Source: a virus
Taxonomy: Duplodnaviria; Caudoviricetes
IMG/VR virus record: IMGVR_UViG_3300008255_000273
Span: 1-35,777 of that record
DNA: 35,777 bases
Direction: 5' to 3' (one strand)
The notes below the pieces were generated by a model. That model saw only the letters and a program-made list of their open reading frames with translations. It was not told where the DNA came from and made no database searches. Shown here piece by piece: positions 16,598-26,519 of the stretch; the first letter of the stretch is position 1; each line of letters starts with the position of its first letter. Position numbers and translations under genes: made by a program.

Positions 16598-17947
16598 ATG
16601 ATAAAAATTATTCCTTATTTAGAAAAATTAGAAATAACATCTTCAACGTTGGAAAAGCAAAACATTCTTCAAGAACTGTTGCAAGTTGAGGGAGCTAGAG
16701 AAGTGTTGGAGTTAGTATATAATAGTGAGACTTACAACTTGTCTACCCGTAGCTTTGAAAATATGTTTGGTAGTATAGGGGAACTTTCAGACCCTGGACT
16801 TCTTGTGGCTGGTAAAGTTAATGGACAGTTTGAGTGTTCTTGGAAACATCTTGTAACTAGAATCATTCCCTCGGTTAAGCAAGAGAGTGGAAATCTTTTG
16901 TTACAGAACACCAAACGGGCCTTAGAGCTTCTTAAACCTCTCCACGCAAAGTGGGTTACTAGAGTACTAAATAAAGATTTACGTGTAGGGGTGCAAGTTA
17001 CACTCGTTAATAAAGTGCTTTCTAAAATGGAACTCCCTATAATATATGTTCATGATGTACAACTGGCAGAGAAGATAGACGATATTACCTCATGGGACAC
17101 CTTTCCTATAGGAGTTGGTACTAAGTATGATGGAATGCGTTGTGAAGTTGAGAAAAAAGGAGAATTTGTTAAGCTAACTTCTAGACAGGGAGAAAACATT
17201 GCTTCATACCTTCCAGAGATTGTTGAACATTTCAAAACATTCGATGGAGATTTTATTATTGACGGAGAAGTAATGGCTAAGGATTTTAATACCTTACAAA
17301 AAAGAATAGGTAGAAAAGCAGAAAACATAACTACTATCGAAGGGTTATATTTTAGGGTGTTCGATATTCTTGAATATGCAGGAAACGATTATACTACTGC
17401 TACACAACTGGAAAGAACAGAGAGTTTAAGACTATTGTTTCCTGAAACTGAAATGTTCAAACATGAAGTATTTTGGATAGTAACTAATAAAGAACAGTTA
17501 CTAAAAATATGGAATGAACACATGGACAACAAAGAAGAAGGAATAATGATTAAACTACTAGACAAACCTTACAACAGAGGAAGTAGGAAGAACTGGTTTA
17601 AAGTTAAAAAATATGTTGAAAACACCTTCGAGGTTACTGGTTGGGATTATGGGAGTGGGAGATTCTCTAAAACTGTGGGAAAGATTCATGTTAAAGACAT
17701 CTCTGGAACTGTTACCAGTTCAGTAGGAACGGGGTTAACTGATGACATGAGAAACTACTTATTACAACTTGCGGGGAGTGAGGAGCTCATTGGAAGACTT
17801 GTAGAAGTAGGTTACAATGAGGTGTCCAAAGATGCGAGAGGAAACAAGAGTTTAAGACACCCTCGTTTCTTGAAGTTTAGAGACGACATTTCCCAAGCTG
17901 ATAACCTGGGGAGTCCTGAGGGTAACGGTTTAATGAAATGGCTATAG
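16598..17947 (+). CDS. lig: ATP-dependent DNA ligase
   Basis: KYDGMR, IIDGEV, FRVFDIL, EGIMIK, WFKVK, VGTG, SLRHPRF. ATG 16598 lies downstream of the TATA at 16565. Confidence 0.95.
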   Translation: MIKIIPYLEKLEITSSTLEKQNILQELLQVEGAREVLELVYNSETYNLSTRSFENMFGSIGELSDPGLLVAGKVNGQFECSWKHLVTRIIPSVKQESGNLLLQNTKRALELLKPLHAKWVTRVLNKDLRVGVQVTLVNKVLSKMELPIIYVHDVQLAEKIDDITSWDTFPIGVGTKYDGMRCEVEKKGEFVKLTSRQGENIASYLPEIVEHFKTFDGDFIIDGEVMAKDFNTLQKRIGRKAENITTIEGLYFRVFDILEYAGNDYTTATQLERTESLRLLFPETEMFKHEVFWIVTNKEQLLKIWNEHMDNKEEGIMIKLLDKPYNRGSRKNWFKVKKYVENTFEVTGWDYGSGRFSKTVGKIHVKDISGTVTSSVGTGLTDDMRNYLLQLAGSEELIGRLVEVGYNEVSKDARGNKSLRHPRFLKFRDDISQADNLGSPEGNGLMKWL

Positions 17948-17986
17948 GTATGTATTGTATACATTGTATACATTAACATATATAAT

Positions 17987-18008
17987 ACATCACAATAGTA
18001 TTTATATA
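17987..18008 (+). promoter_or_regulatory. ACATCACAA-box promoter
   Basis: ACATCACAA-TAGTA-TTTATATA. Confidence 0.7.
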
Positions 18009-18129
18009 ATAGCTTCCCGATATATAATGTATAGGTGATACTTATGAATGAAAAACAAATATTAAATGATTTAGTTGTTATACAAGGAGCTGAATATGAT
18101 GAAGCTGTTGAATATATTGAGGCTAGAAA

Positions 18130-18570
18130 ATGGTAAGAGTTAATTTAGTACATCCTAGAAAACTAACAGACGAGCATTTATACGCTGAAAATGTTGAGCT
18201 TAAAATGTTAGAAACTTTCATTAATGAACACCCTAAAGGTTTTATTCCTGATGAATACTGCTTAGGTAAAGGACATATGAGTTTTTTTCGTAATAAAATA
18301 GGATACATAAAATATAGACAACACCTTATATCCAGAGAAATGTGCTCACGTAAAGGGACCCCTTATGTTAGAACACACAAATTATATCCTATTGAGTGGG
18401 AACCTGATGATAAAGATATTTCAGTAAACAAAGCAAGAATAATTAATAGACTTGTTAACCCTTTAAAGAAAAAGAACCCTTGGCATTACAAAGGAAAGGA
18501 AATTATAGATATTGATAGGTTTGTTTGGAAAAACTACCATACGATTTTATACGGGTTGGTGAGAGGATAA
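18130..18570 (+). CDS. denV: Pyrimidine-dimer DNA glycosylase (T4 endonuclease V family)
   Basis: MVRVNLVHPRKLTDEHLYAE..EL, YCLGKGHMSFF.NK, EM.SR. Confidence 0.85.
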   Translation: MVRVNLVHPRKLTDEHLYAENVELKMLETFINEHPKGFIPDEYCLGKGHMSFFRNKIGYIKYRQHLISREMCSRKGTPYVRTHKLYPIEWEPDDKDISVNKARIINRLVNPLKKKNPWHYKGKEIIDIDRFVWKNYHTILYGLVRG

Positions 18571-18573
18571 AGA

Positions 18574-18777
18574 ATGAACGATTTAAAATGTAGTGTATCC
18601 TTAAACTCTATTGAGGAATGTACCTCATGTCACTGCTTATTTGTTAGAGGAGTTGATTCCCAACGAATATGTTTAAGGTGTGTTAGAGAACATAAGAAAT
18701 TAAAAGCTAAGGAATCAGAAGATAAAAGAATAGAGCAAATTAATGAGGAGTTTTTCAATGACCCAGAAAACTGTTGA
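18574..18777 (+). CDS. Zn-finger hypothetical protein
   Basis: CTSC...CLRC. Confidence 0.55.
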   Translation: MNDLKCSVSLNSIEECTSCHCLFVRGVDSQRICLRCVREHKKLKAKESEDKRIEQINEEFFNDPENC

Positions 18778-18864
18778 TATTATATACTACAGTATATAAA
18801 TGTTTATATATTAGTAGTGTTTAATAATAGTAGAAATGAGAAACATTTCATTAGGTGATACAAA

Positions 18865-19119
18865 ATGAGAACAAGAGAAGAAAAAGAACAATTAGTAAGA
18901 GAGTTTAACAACACCTCTCGATTAGAACGAAAACACGTTGAAATATATGAGATTCATAAGTCAGGAGAACTATTTCCAAAGAATCCTTATTATGGTATTA
19001 ATTGGGGTGCTTGTGGTACAGTTGATGAAGTTGAGACAAGTGCTTTTATATCATTCTTGAACTTTACTTTGGAGTATGTTCGTTCATTAAATAAGGATTG
19101 GATTGATGGTGGAGAATAA
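18865..19119 (+). CDS. Hypothetical protein
   Basis: AGGTGA RBS; promoter at 18803. Confidence 0.7.
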   Translation: MRTREEKEQLVREFNNTSRLERKHVEIYEIHKSGELFPKNPYYGINWGACGTVDEVETSAFISFLNFTLEYVRSLNKDWIDGGE

Positions 19120-19199
19120 TGAAAACTGAAGGTCATATCGAAGTAATACTTGATAAAGAAGGTAAACTTATAGGTGAATGAAATGATAAAGGTGTTAGA

Positions 19200-19445
19200 A
19201 TGAGAAAACATTATAAACTAGAAGGAATATTTCATATTTTTAAAATTATTTATTATGGTATAAAATATAAATATCCTCTTTGTTGTATCTACGAATTTAT
19301 AAATGAATATGAAAGGGAACACATAAACGAAACATCTTCAAGCATAGAAAAATTACGATTTTATTATGCCTATTGTCATGATGGTTATAAACCATGTAGA
19401 AAATGTTTTAAAAGAATTTTATTAACTGCAAAAGGTGATGAATAA
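19200..19445 (+). CDS. Cys-containing hypothetical protein
   Basis: YPLCCI...GYKPCRKC. Confidence 0.6.
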   Translation: MRKHYKLEGIFHIFKIIYYGIKYKYPLCCIYEFINEYEREHINETSSSIEKLRFYYAYCHDGYKPCRKCFKRILLTAKGDE

Positions 19446-19518
19446 ACAATGAACGAGTTAACTTTAAAAGAACAAAAGATACTATGGGCAGTGTTAAATA
19501 AATAAAGAGGGATGAAGA

Positions 19519-19710
19519 ATGAATGAACTTAATAAAGACCAAATTTTAGAAATACAATTAGAAGCAATAAATGAATATATAGAGAAACTGGCACTATATG
19601 AAAATAAGGGTTTAGAACTCTGTCTTGCATATCAAAGATTAGTTAATGATTTAAGACAAAGAGCAGGAAAAAAAGCTTTAAAATATCAAAACTTAAAATG
19701 GAGGGAATAA
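19519..19710 (+). CDS. Hypothetical protein
   Basis: Helical 63-aa ORF with a GAGGG RBS. Confidence 0.55.
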   Translation: MNELNKDQILEIQLEAINEYIEKLALYENKGLELCLAYQRLVNDLRQRAGKKALKYQNLKWRE

Positions 19711-19818
19711 AGAATGAAAGTAATTAACACATATACAAAAGCAAGATTATTAAATGGTTGTTTTGATAAAGATTTTTTTAACTAAAAAACAATGGTATGA
19801 TAAGGAGTTGAATGAAGG

Positions 19819-20049
19819 ATGAAAGAAGATATAAAAAATTTAATTAAAGAATCAATGGATTCTCTTGAAGATTTAAAATTATTAACAATAGTTGACCCAA
19901 TAATAAGCGAAGTATTGAAAATAGAAAAAGAGTTTGGAAGTTTTGGTGATGCACCTGCAAACGAAATAACTGAAAGATTACTCAAAATTGTCAAAGAATC
20001 AAAATTTATTAAATTAGAATATAAAAAAAGAGAAGGTGACTTAAAATGA
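19819..20049 (+). CDS. Hypothetical protein
   Basis: 76-aa ORF in a co-oriented cluster. Confidence 0.55.
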   Translation: MKEDIKNLIKESMDSLEDLKLLTIVDPIISEVLKIEKEFGSFGDAPANEITERLLKIVKESKFIKLEYKKREGDLK

Positions 20050-20119
20050 ACGAGACAGTATTATTAATCACAGGAATAATATTCTTCGGAATGTGGATCC
20101 TAACAAACCAGAGGAAAAA

Positions 20120-20482
20120 ATGAAAACTTCACACAAAATGATAATCATGGTTGATGCAGACCTTAAAATGCCAAAAGGAAAATTAGCAGGACAAGTTGCT
20201 CATGCGGCGGTTTCCTGTGTTATTAAGGAAATCTTAAAGGGTCGAATCATACGAGTTGCTCAGTGGTTACAAACAGGTCAAAAAAAAGTAGTAGTCAAAC
20301 CTAAAACTACTTTTGATATAGATATAATTGAAATAGGTTCTAAGACAAAGGAATCAAATCCTAGTATAGTAACAATCAAGGACCTTGGAAAAACAGTATT
20401 CATCGGACCAACAGTTACTTGCTGTGCTGTAGGATTATTAAAAAATGATGATATTAGCTTGGACTCATTCAAGTTATTATAG
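20120..20482 (+). CDS. pth2: Peptidyl-tRNA hydrolase, Pth2 type
   Basis: LKMPKGKLAGQVAHA, W..TGQKKVVVK, DLGKT, T.TCCAVG, C-terminal KLL. ATG 20120 follows GAGG. Confidence 0.85.
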   Translation: MKTSHKMIIMVDADLKMPKGKLAGQVAHAAVSCVIKEILKGRIIRVAQWLQTGQKKVVVKPKTTFDIDIIEIGSKTKESNPSIVTIKDLGKTVFIGPTVTCCAVGLLKNDDISLDSFKLL

Positions 20483-20493
20483 GTGCTATAAAA

Positions 20494-20898
20494 ATGGAAA
20501 AAACATGCCCGCAATGTGGAAAACATGCATCAACAGTTTCCCAGGTAAAGAAACAGTTTGGAATGCGTTGGATTAATGGACAAGAAAAACCTCAGTCATA
20601 CTGTAAAGAGTGTATGAAAGAATATCGTAAGGAAAATAAAGTAACAACTAATCCTAAAGCACATGAAGTACAGCTACCATTCGATTTTGATGTTGAGGAA
20701 GATGAAGTTCCTGATACTGAAAAGCTACATTCTGTAAAGGATTTTCATGGTCACTTTAAAATTGTACCTGATGAAGAAAGTCAAGAAGATGTAACTGATT
20801 TGCTCCATATCTCTTTACAAGAAATGGAAAAAATAATTGCTGACGCAAAACGTTTAAGACTTGCAGGAACAATAATGCTTGGAATTAAAAAAATTTAA
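20494..20898 (+). CDS. Zn-finger hypothetical protein
   Basis: CPQC...FG.R...PQSYCKEC; internal QLPFDF. Confidence 0.6.
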   Translation: MEKTCPQCGKHASTVSQVKKQFGMRWINGQEKPQSYCKECMKEYRKENKVTTNPKAHEVQLPFDFDVEEDEVPDTEKLHSVKDFHGHFKIVPDEESQEDVTDLLHISLQEMEKIIADAKRLRLAGTIMLGIKKI

Positions 20899-20919
20899 TT
20901 CCCTTTTCTTTTATATACT

Positions 20920-20959
20920 ACATCACAATAATGTTTATAAAGTTTAAAGTTTTAATAAT
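20920..20959 (+). promoter_or_regulatory. ACATCACAA-box promoter
   Basis: ACATCACAA-TAATG-TTTATAAA-N10-TTAATAAT. Confidence 0.7.
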
Positions 20960-20976
20960 AGTACAGGTGGTACATA

Positions 20977-22170
20977 ATGAACAACATTGAACAAACAAAA
21001 GAAGCAGTGGAATACGACCGAGATAAAATTTATTTATCTCGAACGGGTCCTATAATTCAAGTATTTATACCTAGGTTTCCTGAGGAAAAAATTAGGTTCA
21101 ACTTGAAAAATAAAAAATTAGAACGAGTGCCAAAAAAAGGAACACAAGAGTATAAAGAGGTAAAACATTTATATCACATATTTACATACTTTAGTCTTAG
21201 AGATATTGTCTCAGAGGAGGAAAAGTTTTTAAACTTAATAAATCTTACTAAGAAACTAAATCCATTATGTAATTCTGTATCAACTTTTTTAACTAGAATG
21301 AATGATGCCTTAATTTATGAAAATTATATTAATGAAGGAATTCCATATGATGAGCCAAGATGTTACTATACCAGAGATAAGTGTTATAATAAACTAGAAT
21401 ATGGATTAGAGAAATACAATAAAGACTTTATTAAATTTATGAAAAAATATCAAATTAAATTTAATTACGACATTGAGGATTGGTATTTTAATGAAGAAAA
21501 TGAAGTAGTTAATATTGTAAACTTATTAGATAGTCTTGAGATTGATGAGGTTGAAGTTGTTAAAACTTTTAGAGACATTAGGAACTCCTCACACACTTTT
21601 AAAGAGTTGGTAAAAAATTATAAGTATGAAAGAAAGTCTTTAATTAACTATATAGTTAACTATGCTATGAAGTTTGAAGGATTATCCTTTAATGTGACTT
21701 GTACTTATTTGAGAGACTATTATCAGATGATTTCTGCAATTGGTCGAAACGTAAAAAAGTATCCTAAATTCCTGGCTAGTGTTCATGGAATAATTCAAGC
21801 TAATTATAATGCTTTCCAACAAGAATATGACGAACTTAGGTTTACTGAATCTTCCAAGCCTGAACTTGAATGGGTAGGAAAAAATTTTTGTGTAGTAATT
21901 CCTAAAGAGTCTAAAGATATTCTAAAAGAAGGAACCTACTTAAATCACTGTGTTAGCAGTTATGTCAAATCAGTAATTAGTGGACATACTTATATAATGT
22001 TCCTTCGTTCAAAAGAGAATCCTGATATTCCTTTAGTTACTCTTGAATTTAAAAACGGAAAAATAGTCCAAGCAAAAGGTGCGTGTAACCGTGCTATGAA
22101 AGAAGAGGAAAAGGAAGCCTTGAAAAAATACACAGAAGTAAAAAAGCTAGAACTAGCGGTGGTCTTATAA
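20977..22170 (+). CDS. PcfJ-like domain protein
   Basis: C-terminal IPK...DILKEG..LNHCVSSY...IMFLR...PLVTLE...IVQAKG.CN. Confidence 0.85.
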   Translation: MNNIEQTKEAVEYDRDKIYLSRTGPIIQVFIPRFPEEKIRFNLKNKKLERVPKKGTQEYKEVKHLYHIFTYFSLRDIVSEEEKFLNLINLTKKLNPLCNSVSTFLTRMNDALIYENYINEGIPYDEPRCYYTRDKCYNKLEYGLEKYNKDFIKFMKKYQIKFNYDIEDWYFNEENEVVNIVNLLDSLEIDEVEVVKTFRDIRNSSHTFKELVKNYKYERKSLINYIVNYAMKFEGLSFNVTCTYLRDYYQMISAIGRNVKKYPKFLASVHGIIQANYNAFQQEYDELRFTESSKPELEWVGKNFCVVIPKESKDILKEGTYLNHCVSSYVKSVISGHTYIMFLRSKENPDIPLVTLEFKNGKIVQAKGACNRAMKEEEKEALKKYTEVKKLELAVVL

Positions 22171-22356
22171 AATGAATTGTCAAAATTGTGGTCTTACGAT
22201 GAAAACTCGTATTGGAAAGTATGTTACAGTAAATCAGTGTCCTAACTCTAGACACCGTGAGGTATTGGAGTTTGATGAAATGTTTTTAAACCAAAAAGTT
22301 TAAATAGTATTTACATTTATTTTTAATAGTTTCCGAACTATTTTGGAGGTACAAAA

Positions 22357-23502
22357 ATGAAAGATATAAAATCTATGAGTAAAGAACAGTACATCGCCTG
22401 GCGTGCAGAGAAAGTTGACATGGATGTAGAAACAGTTGCAAAAATGTGGGAAGAGTTTGAATCAGAAGCTAAAGAGATTGGACTTACTGATACTGATACT
22501 TTTGTTAAGAAAAGATTCAGTCAAGCATTTATTAAAAAAGATAAAGGATTTGGTAAATCACCAACTGTAGAAGTTGAGGTTATTCTTATTGGAATGAAAG
22601 AATCAGATTATGGTGCAGCAAACCAAATCAAAGAGGTTCTTAAAATTATTACTAACGAAGACGGAACTTTAAAAGAAAAATCTGTATTGGAAGCTGCTAG
22701 AAACCAAGGATATATTAATGAAAACATCGAACCTTTATTCCACTATGAGAACTCAAAAAACAGAAAAAATGGAACTGTCATTGACTTAAAGAAAGAAACT
22801 CAATGTGAGTTTACAGTTGTAGGTAAGCGTTTGGATAAACCAGATGAGTTTACAAAAGGAACACTGAGTATAGCAAAACATAAATTAAGTGGTATGCCTG
22901 AATTTGGAACTGTTTACAAAACAGAATTAACAGTAAGTAGTAAAAGTGATAAAGATAAAATTATTCTCTTTGGAGATGACCGAACAGTTTTCAAAAATGG
23001 AACAATTTTAAAACAAGAGCAAATGGACAGTTTGATTTCTAACTTCTTTGGAAACATTATGTTTAGTATGTCCGATCTTAAAGATGTAGCTGTAAACTAC
23101 CCTGACCCTAATGTGGAGAAGTATGATAAATATGTAATAGTTAAGGCGTGTGTAGCTGATGTGAATTTAACAAGAGAGGGGATTGGAAACAAACTACTAC
23201 TAACTGATGGTTTTGATGAAGATGCTTTCTGTGATACTTGGGTTCCAGAAAATTTTAATATTAATTTCAACACTAATGCTCAGGATATCTGGGTGTATGG
23301 GGTAATAGGGTTTGATGAAAGAAACAGTATGCCTGTAATTAATGTTTATGGATTATATGTTCCAGAAGTTTACAGACTAAAAGAACAACCAAAACCAATT
23401 TCTCCAGAGACTGTTGAAACTGTTGAGACTCCTTCGGTAGAAGAAAAGAAAGAAGAGGTTACTCCCTCCGTTAAACCCCAAACTGGAGGGTTTACTTTTT
23501 AG
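22357..23502 (+). CDS. Putative multi-OB-fold ssDNA-binding protein
   Basis: Beta-rich sequence, first large gene of the replication operon, flexible acidic tail ending GGFTF. Inferred from context only. Confidence 0.4.
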   Translation: MKDIKSMSKEQYIAWRAEKVDMDVETVAKMWEEFESEAKEIGLTDTDTFVKKRFSQAFIKKDKGFGKSPTVEVEVILIGMKESDYGAANQIKEVLKIITNEDGTLKEKSVLEAARNQGYINENIEPLFHYENSKNRKNGTVIDLKKETQCEFTVVGKRLDKPDEFTKGTLSIAKHKLSGMPEFGTVYKTELTVSSKSDKDKIILFGDDRTVFKNGTILKQEQMDSLISNFFGNIMFSMSDLKDVAVNYPDPNVEKYDKYVIVKACVADVNLTREGIGNKLLLTDGFDEDAFCDTWVPENFNINFNTNAQDIWVYGVIGFDERNSMPVINVYGLYVPEVYRLKEQPKPISPETVETVETPSVEEKKEEVTPSVKPQTGGFTF

Positions 23503-23512
23503 GTGAAATAAA

Positions 23513-24394
23513 ATGGCAGGATTTAGTTTAGATACTACTCCTCCAAGTTCTCAACCAGCAACCTTATCGGTTGAGACAGAGGAGTTTGACTTAGAGAAAA
23601 TTAAAAAGTTTTGGCTTGAAGAAAACATAATTCAAGAAAAACTGGTTGCTTTAGTTTATGGACAAGATGGTACCTGTAAGTCTGGGTTAGTCGCTGAATA
23701 TTTAACAGATGAAGATATTAAAGCGGGAAAGAAAATGTTAATCATTGACTTGGATGGTGGATTCGAAGTATTACTCCCTAAATACCATAAGGAACGTTGT
23801 GAAAAAGCAGGAAAAAAACTTAGTGATGTATTCATTGTTAAGAATCCTTTAATTCTAACGAATGGGGGAGAAATCGATTATAAGTCAACATACAATAGAA
23901 TTAACGAAGCAGTGTTTTTAGCTAAGAATTTACATAAAGAACTAAATTTAAAAGCTATTGTTTTCGATGGACTTACTACGGCTTTAAACTACGCAGAAAA
24001 CATTATGCGTATTGAAAAAAACCTTACTATTGATGGTGGAGCTAACATTGCCTTTTGGAAAATTAGAAATAAAAGATTTTTAAACCCACTTGAACAAATA
24101 AAGTCTTTGCCTATTAGTAGTTTTTTAATAGGACACGAAAACTTTATTTTGAATGAACTTGATGGAGATAAAAATAGTAGTGTAATGGTTAAAACTAGTG
24201 CTATGGTTCATCAAAAAGTAAGAATGTCTAGAACAGTAAACAAAGCTACAGGAACAGTTGTGTTCAAAGCTACAGTAGATAAAAGCAAAAACAATGTAAG
24301 AGCAGAAGGTAATGAGTATAACGTCATTGTATTAAATAAAAATAATGATGAATATGAATTAAAAACTTCTAATCTATTCAAAGACTTATTATAA
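23513..24394 (+). CDS. AAA_24/Sak4-like P-loop ATPase (recombination)
   Basis: LVYGQDGTCKS, IIDLDGG, IVFDGLT, LIGH. Confidence 0.75.
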   Translation: MAGFSLDTTPPSSQPATLSVETEEFDLEKIKKFWLEENIIQEKLVALVYGQDGTCKSGLVAEYLTDEDIKAGKKMLIIDLDGGFEVLLPKYHKERCEKAGKKLSDVFIVKNPLILTNGGEIDYKSTYNRINEAVFLAKNLHKELNLKAIVFDGLTTALNYAENIMRIEKNLTIDGGANIAFWKIRNKRFLNPLEQIKSLPISSFLIGHENFILNELDGDKNSSVMVKTSAMVHQKVRMSRTVNKATGTVVFKATVDKSKNNVRAEGNEYNVIVLNKNNDEYELKTSNLFKDLL

Positions 24395-24448
24395 ATCAAA
24401 AGGTTTATATATGAGTACTTTTTATTTTTAACTAATAAAGGTATAAAG

Positions 24449-24700
24449 ATGACAGTTAAAAGAAGTATGAAAACCACGGTAACCGTTACGTTTGAAACGG
24501 ATACTCACAAAATCAGTTTCAGCGAAGAAAAGTTAGATGACTTGGAAAACGCTCATTCTGACCTGTTGAAAAAACTACACCATGACTTAAAGTTAAAACC
24601 AAACTTAGAGTTAGAACGACCTGAGTGGAGAACTAAATCTCAAGAAGAAATTTTTGAGGAAATTACAGGGCAAAAGTTATTAAAGGAATCTGAGGAATAA
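24449..24700 (+). CDS. Hypothetical protein
   Basis: 83-aa ORF after a BRE/TATA at about 24396-24411. Confidence 0.6.
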   Translation: MTVKRSMKTTVTVTFETDTHKISFSEEKLDDLENAHSDLLKKLHHDLKLKPNLELERPEWRTKSQEEIFEEITGQKLLKESEE

Positions 24701-24702
24701 AA

Positions 24703-25458
24703 ATGGAATCAAAAAATATTGTAGAATTTGTTAAACAAATAAGTTTAGGTGGTCAGGTAGAAAAATTATATTTAGAACCTTGTCCAGAAGGAACACGAGC
24801 TAGCATTAAAAATAGTACTCATACTATCTTTTTGGTAGGAATTCTTAGTGGGTTACAAATTAAAGAATCATTATGTATTAAAAACTCCAAAGATTTTATT
24901 AGTGCGCTTTCATGGGTTGGTGGAGATATTATTTTAGAAAAGGTAGAAAACAGATTATTTATTTCTAGTACTAAAAATGGAAAAGTACGTAGTCAAGAGA
25001 TTGGTTTAATTAGTGAAGAATACGCTAAGGAAAATTATCTTGAAAAAATGCCAGCTTTAGAATTTGAAGGTAGCACAGAAGTGGAAAGTGCTGACTTAAA
25101 AGATATGGCTTCTGCTTGGTCTAAACTAGGTGAGAGACATATTAATATCACAGTTAAAGATAATAAGTTAACCTTCAAAGCTGCTGGAGATACTGACAAT
25201 ACAAAAATTGAACTTCCTGTGGAATACTACGATTGTGAAGGGTACTTTGGAGCTCCGTTTGTAGACGTAGTTAACGTTTTAAAAACAGAAAAAGTAAACT
25301 TATTCATGAGTAAAGAAAAGGCATTATATCCTTTAAAAATTGTTTCTCGGACTGATGAGAGTTTAATTTCATATATTGTGGCACCTAAAGAGATTGAAAA
25401 AGAACCTATCGAGGAGCCTAAGGTTGAAACAGAACCTGTATCAGAGGATTTCAAATAG
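24703..25458 (+). CDS. pcna: PCNA-like sliding clamp
   Basis: 251 aa with a two-domain pattern; C-terminal YPLKI...ISYIVAPK; directly upstream of RFC. Confidence 0.8.
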   Translation: MESKNIVEFVKQISLGGQVEKLYLEPCPEGTRASIKNSTHTIFLVGILSGLQIKESLCIKNSKDFISALSWVGGDIILEKVENRLFISSTKNGKVRSQEIGLISEEYAKENYLEKMPALEFEGSTEVESADLKDMASAWSKLGERHINITVKDNKLTFKAAGDTDNTKIELPVEYYDCEGYFGAPFVDVVNVLKTEKVNLFMSKEKALYPLKIVSRTDESLISYIVAPKEIEKEPIEEPKVETEPVSEDFK

Positions 25459-25468
25459 AATTTATATT

Positions 25469-25594
25469 TCTTTGTATCACCAAAGACGTGTCTCGGAAAG
25501 ACTTTAAATTTGCCCGGGTTGAGATAGCTGTGGTAGCTGATGTGAACACTCCCTAAAATAACTTAAAAAACCTGACAGGAGGGAAAGACCCCAC
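25469..25594 (+). ncRNA. Candidate structured RNA between PCNA and RFC
   Basis: GC-richer intergenic segment with several hairpins, complementary loops (TATCAC / GTGGT), and GGAAAGAC twice. Confidence 0.35.
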
Positions 25595-25613
25595 TTATTT
25601 TTATAGAGGTATC

Positions 25614-26519
25614 ATGATGAAAAATTATATATTTACTGAGAAGCATAGACCTAAGACCTACGACGATGTAATAGGCATGCCAGAAAAGTTAAGGCTACAG
25701 CTTGATAACTTAACTGAAAAGATGTGCATTTTATTAACAGGCACTCCAGGAACGGGAAAGACAACTACTTCAAAAATCTTAGTTAATAAACACAAAGAAA
25801 ACGCAATCACACTAAACGCTTCTGATGAACGAGGGATAGATGTTGTCCGTAATCGTATTAAAAACTTCGCAACAAATGCTAGTATTGATGGGGGAGTGAG
25901 AATAATTAACCTGGAGGAGTTTGACGAAATGACGGCAAATGCTCAAAATGCTCTTCGTAACTTAATGGAAGAGATTCCTAATGTTGTTTGGATTCTTACG
26001 GGAAACTATGAAGCAAACATTGTGGACGCTATTAAAAACAGATGTGACCATTATAGGTTTATTGCTCCAGATAAAAATGAAGTTCATACACTATTAAATA
26101 AAATTATTGATTCTGAGAAAATTAAAATAAATAATGTTGAGATAATTGAAAAAATTTTAAATAATCATTATCCTAGTATTAGAGGAATGGTTAAGGAATT
26201 ACAGAGATTAACTTTCCTAGGGAGAGAAGTTACTTTAAAAGATGTTGAGAGTTCAAAAGAAGATTTACAAAAAATTTATACTAGCTTTTCAAGTAAAAAC
26301 TTTAGTCAAACAAGACAACTGGCTATTGATAGTGCTATAGACTATCCTACAATTATTATATACTTACATGATAAAATACTAAAAGATGAGAAAGTAAATC
26401 CTGCTAATAAATTAGAGGCAATCTTAATTATGGGAGATAGTTTACGTCATATTAAAGGAGTTCCTAGTAAAGAAATAGAATTTGAAACTATGATTTATAA
26501 TTGTTTTAAGGTGATGTAA
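25614..26519 (+). CDS. rfcS: Replication factor C small subunit (clamp loader ATPase)
   Basis: EKHRPKT..DVIG, GTPGTGKTT, LNASDERGIDVVR, EEFDEMT..AQNALR, NRC. Confidence 0.95.
   Translation: MMKNYIFTEKHRPKTYDDVIGMPEKLRLQLDNLTEKMCILLTGTPGTGKTTTSKILVNKHKENAITLNASDERGIDVVRNRIKNFATNASIDGGVRIINLEEFDEMTANAQNALRNLMEEIPNVVWILTGNYEANIVDAIKNRCDHYRFIAPDKNEVHTLLNKIIDSEKIKINNVEIIEKILNNHYPSIRGMVKELQRLTFLGREVTLKDVESSKEDLQKIYTSFSSKNFSQTRQLAIDSAIDYPTIIIYLHDKILKDEKVNPANKLEAILIMGDSLRHIKGVPSKEIEFETMIYNCFKVM

Noticed and set aside
25582-25592. GGAAAGACCCC resembling the 23S rRNA peptidyl-transferase region
   Set aside because: Only 11 nt match and the flanks do not continue; not an rRNA fragment.
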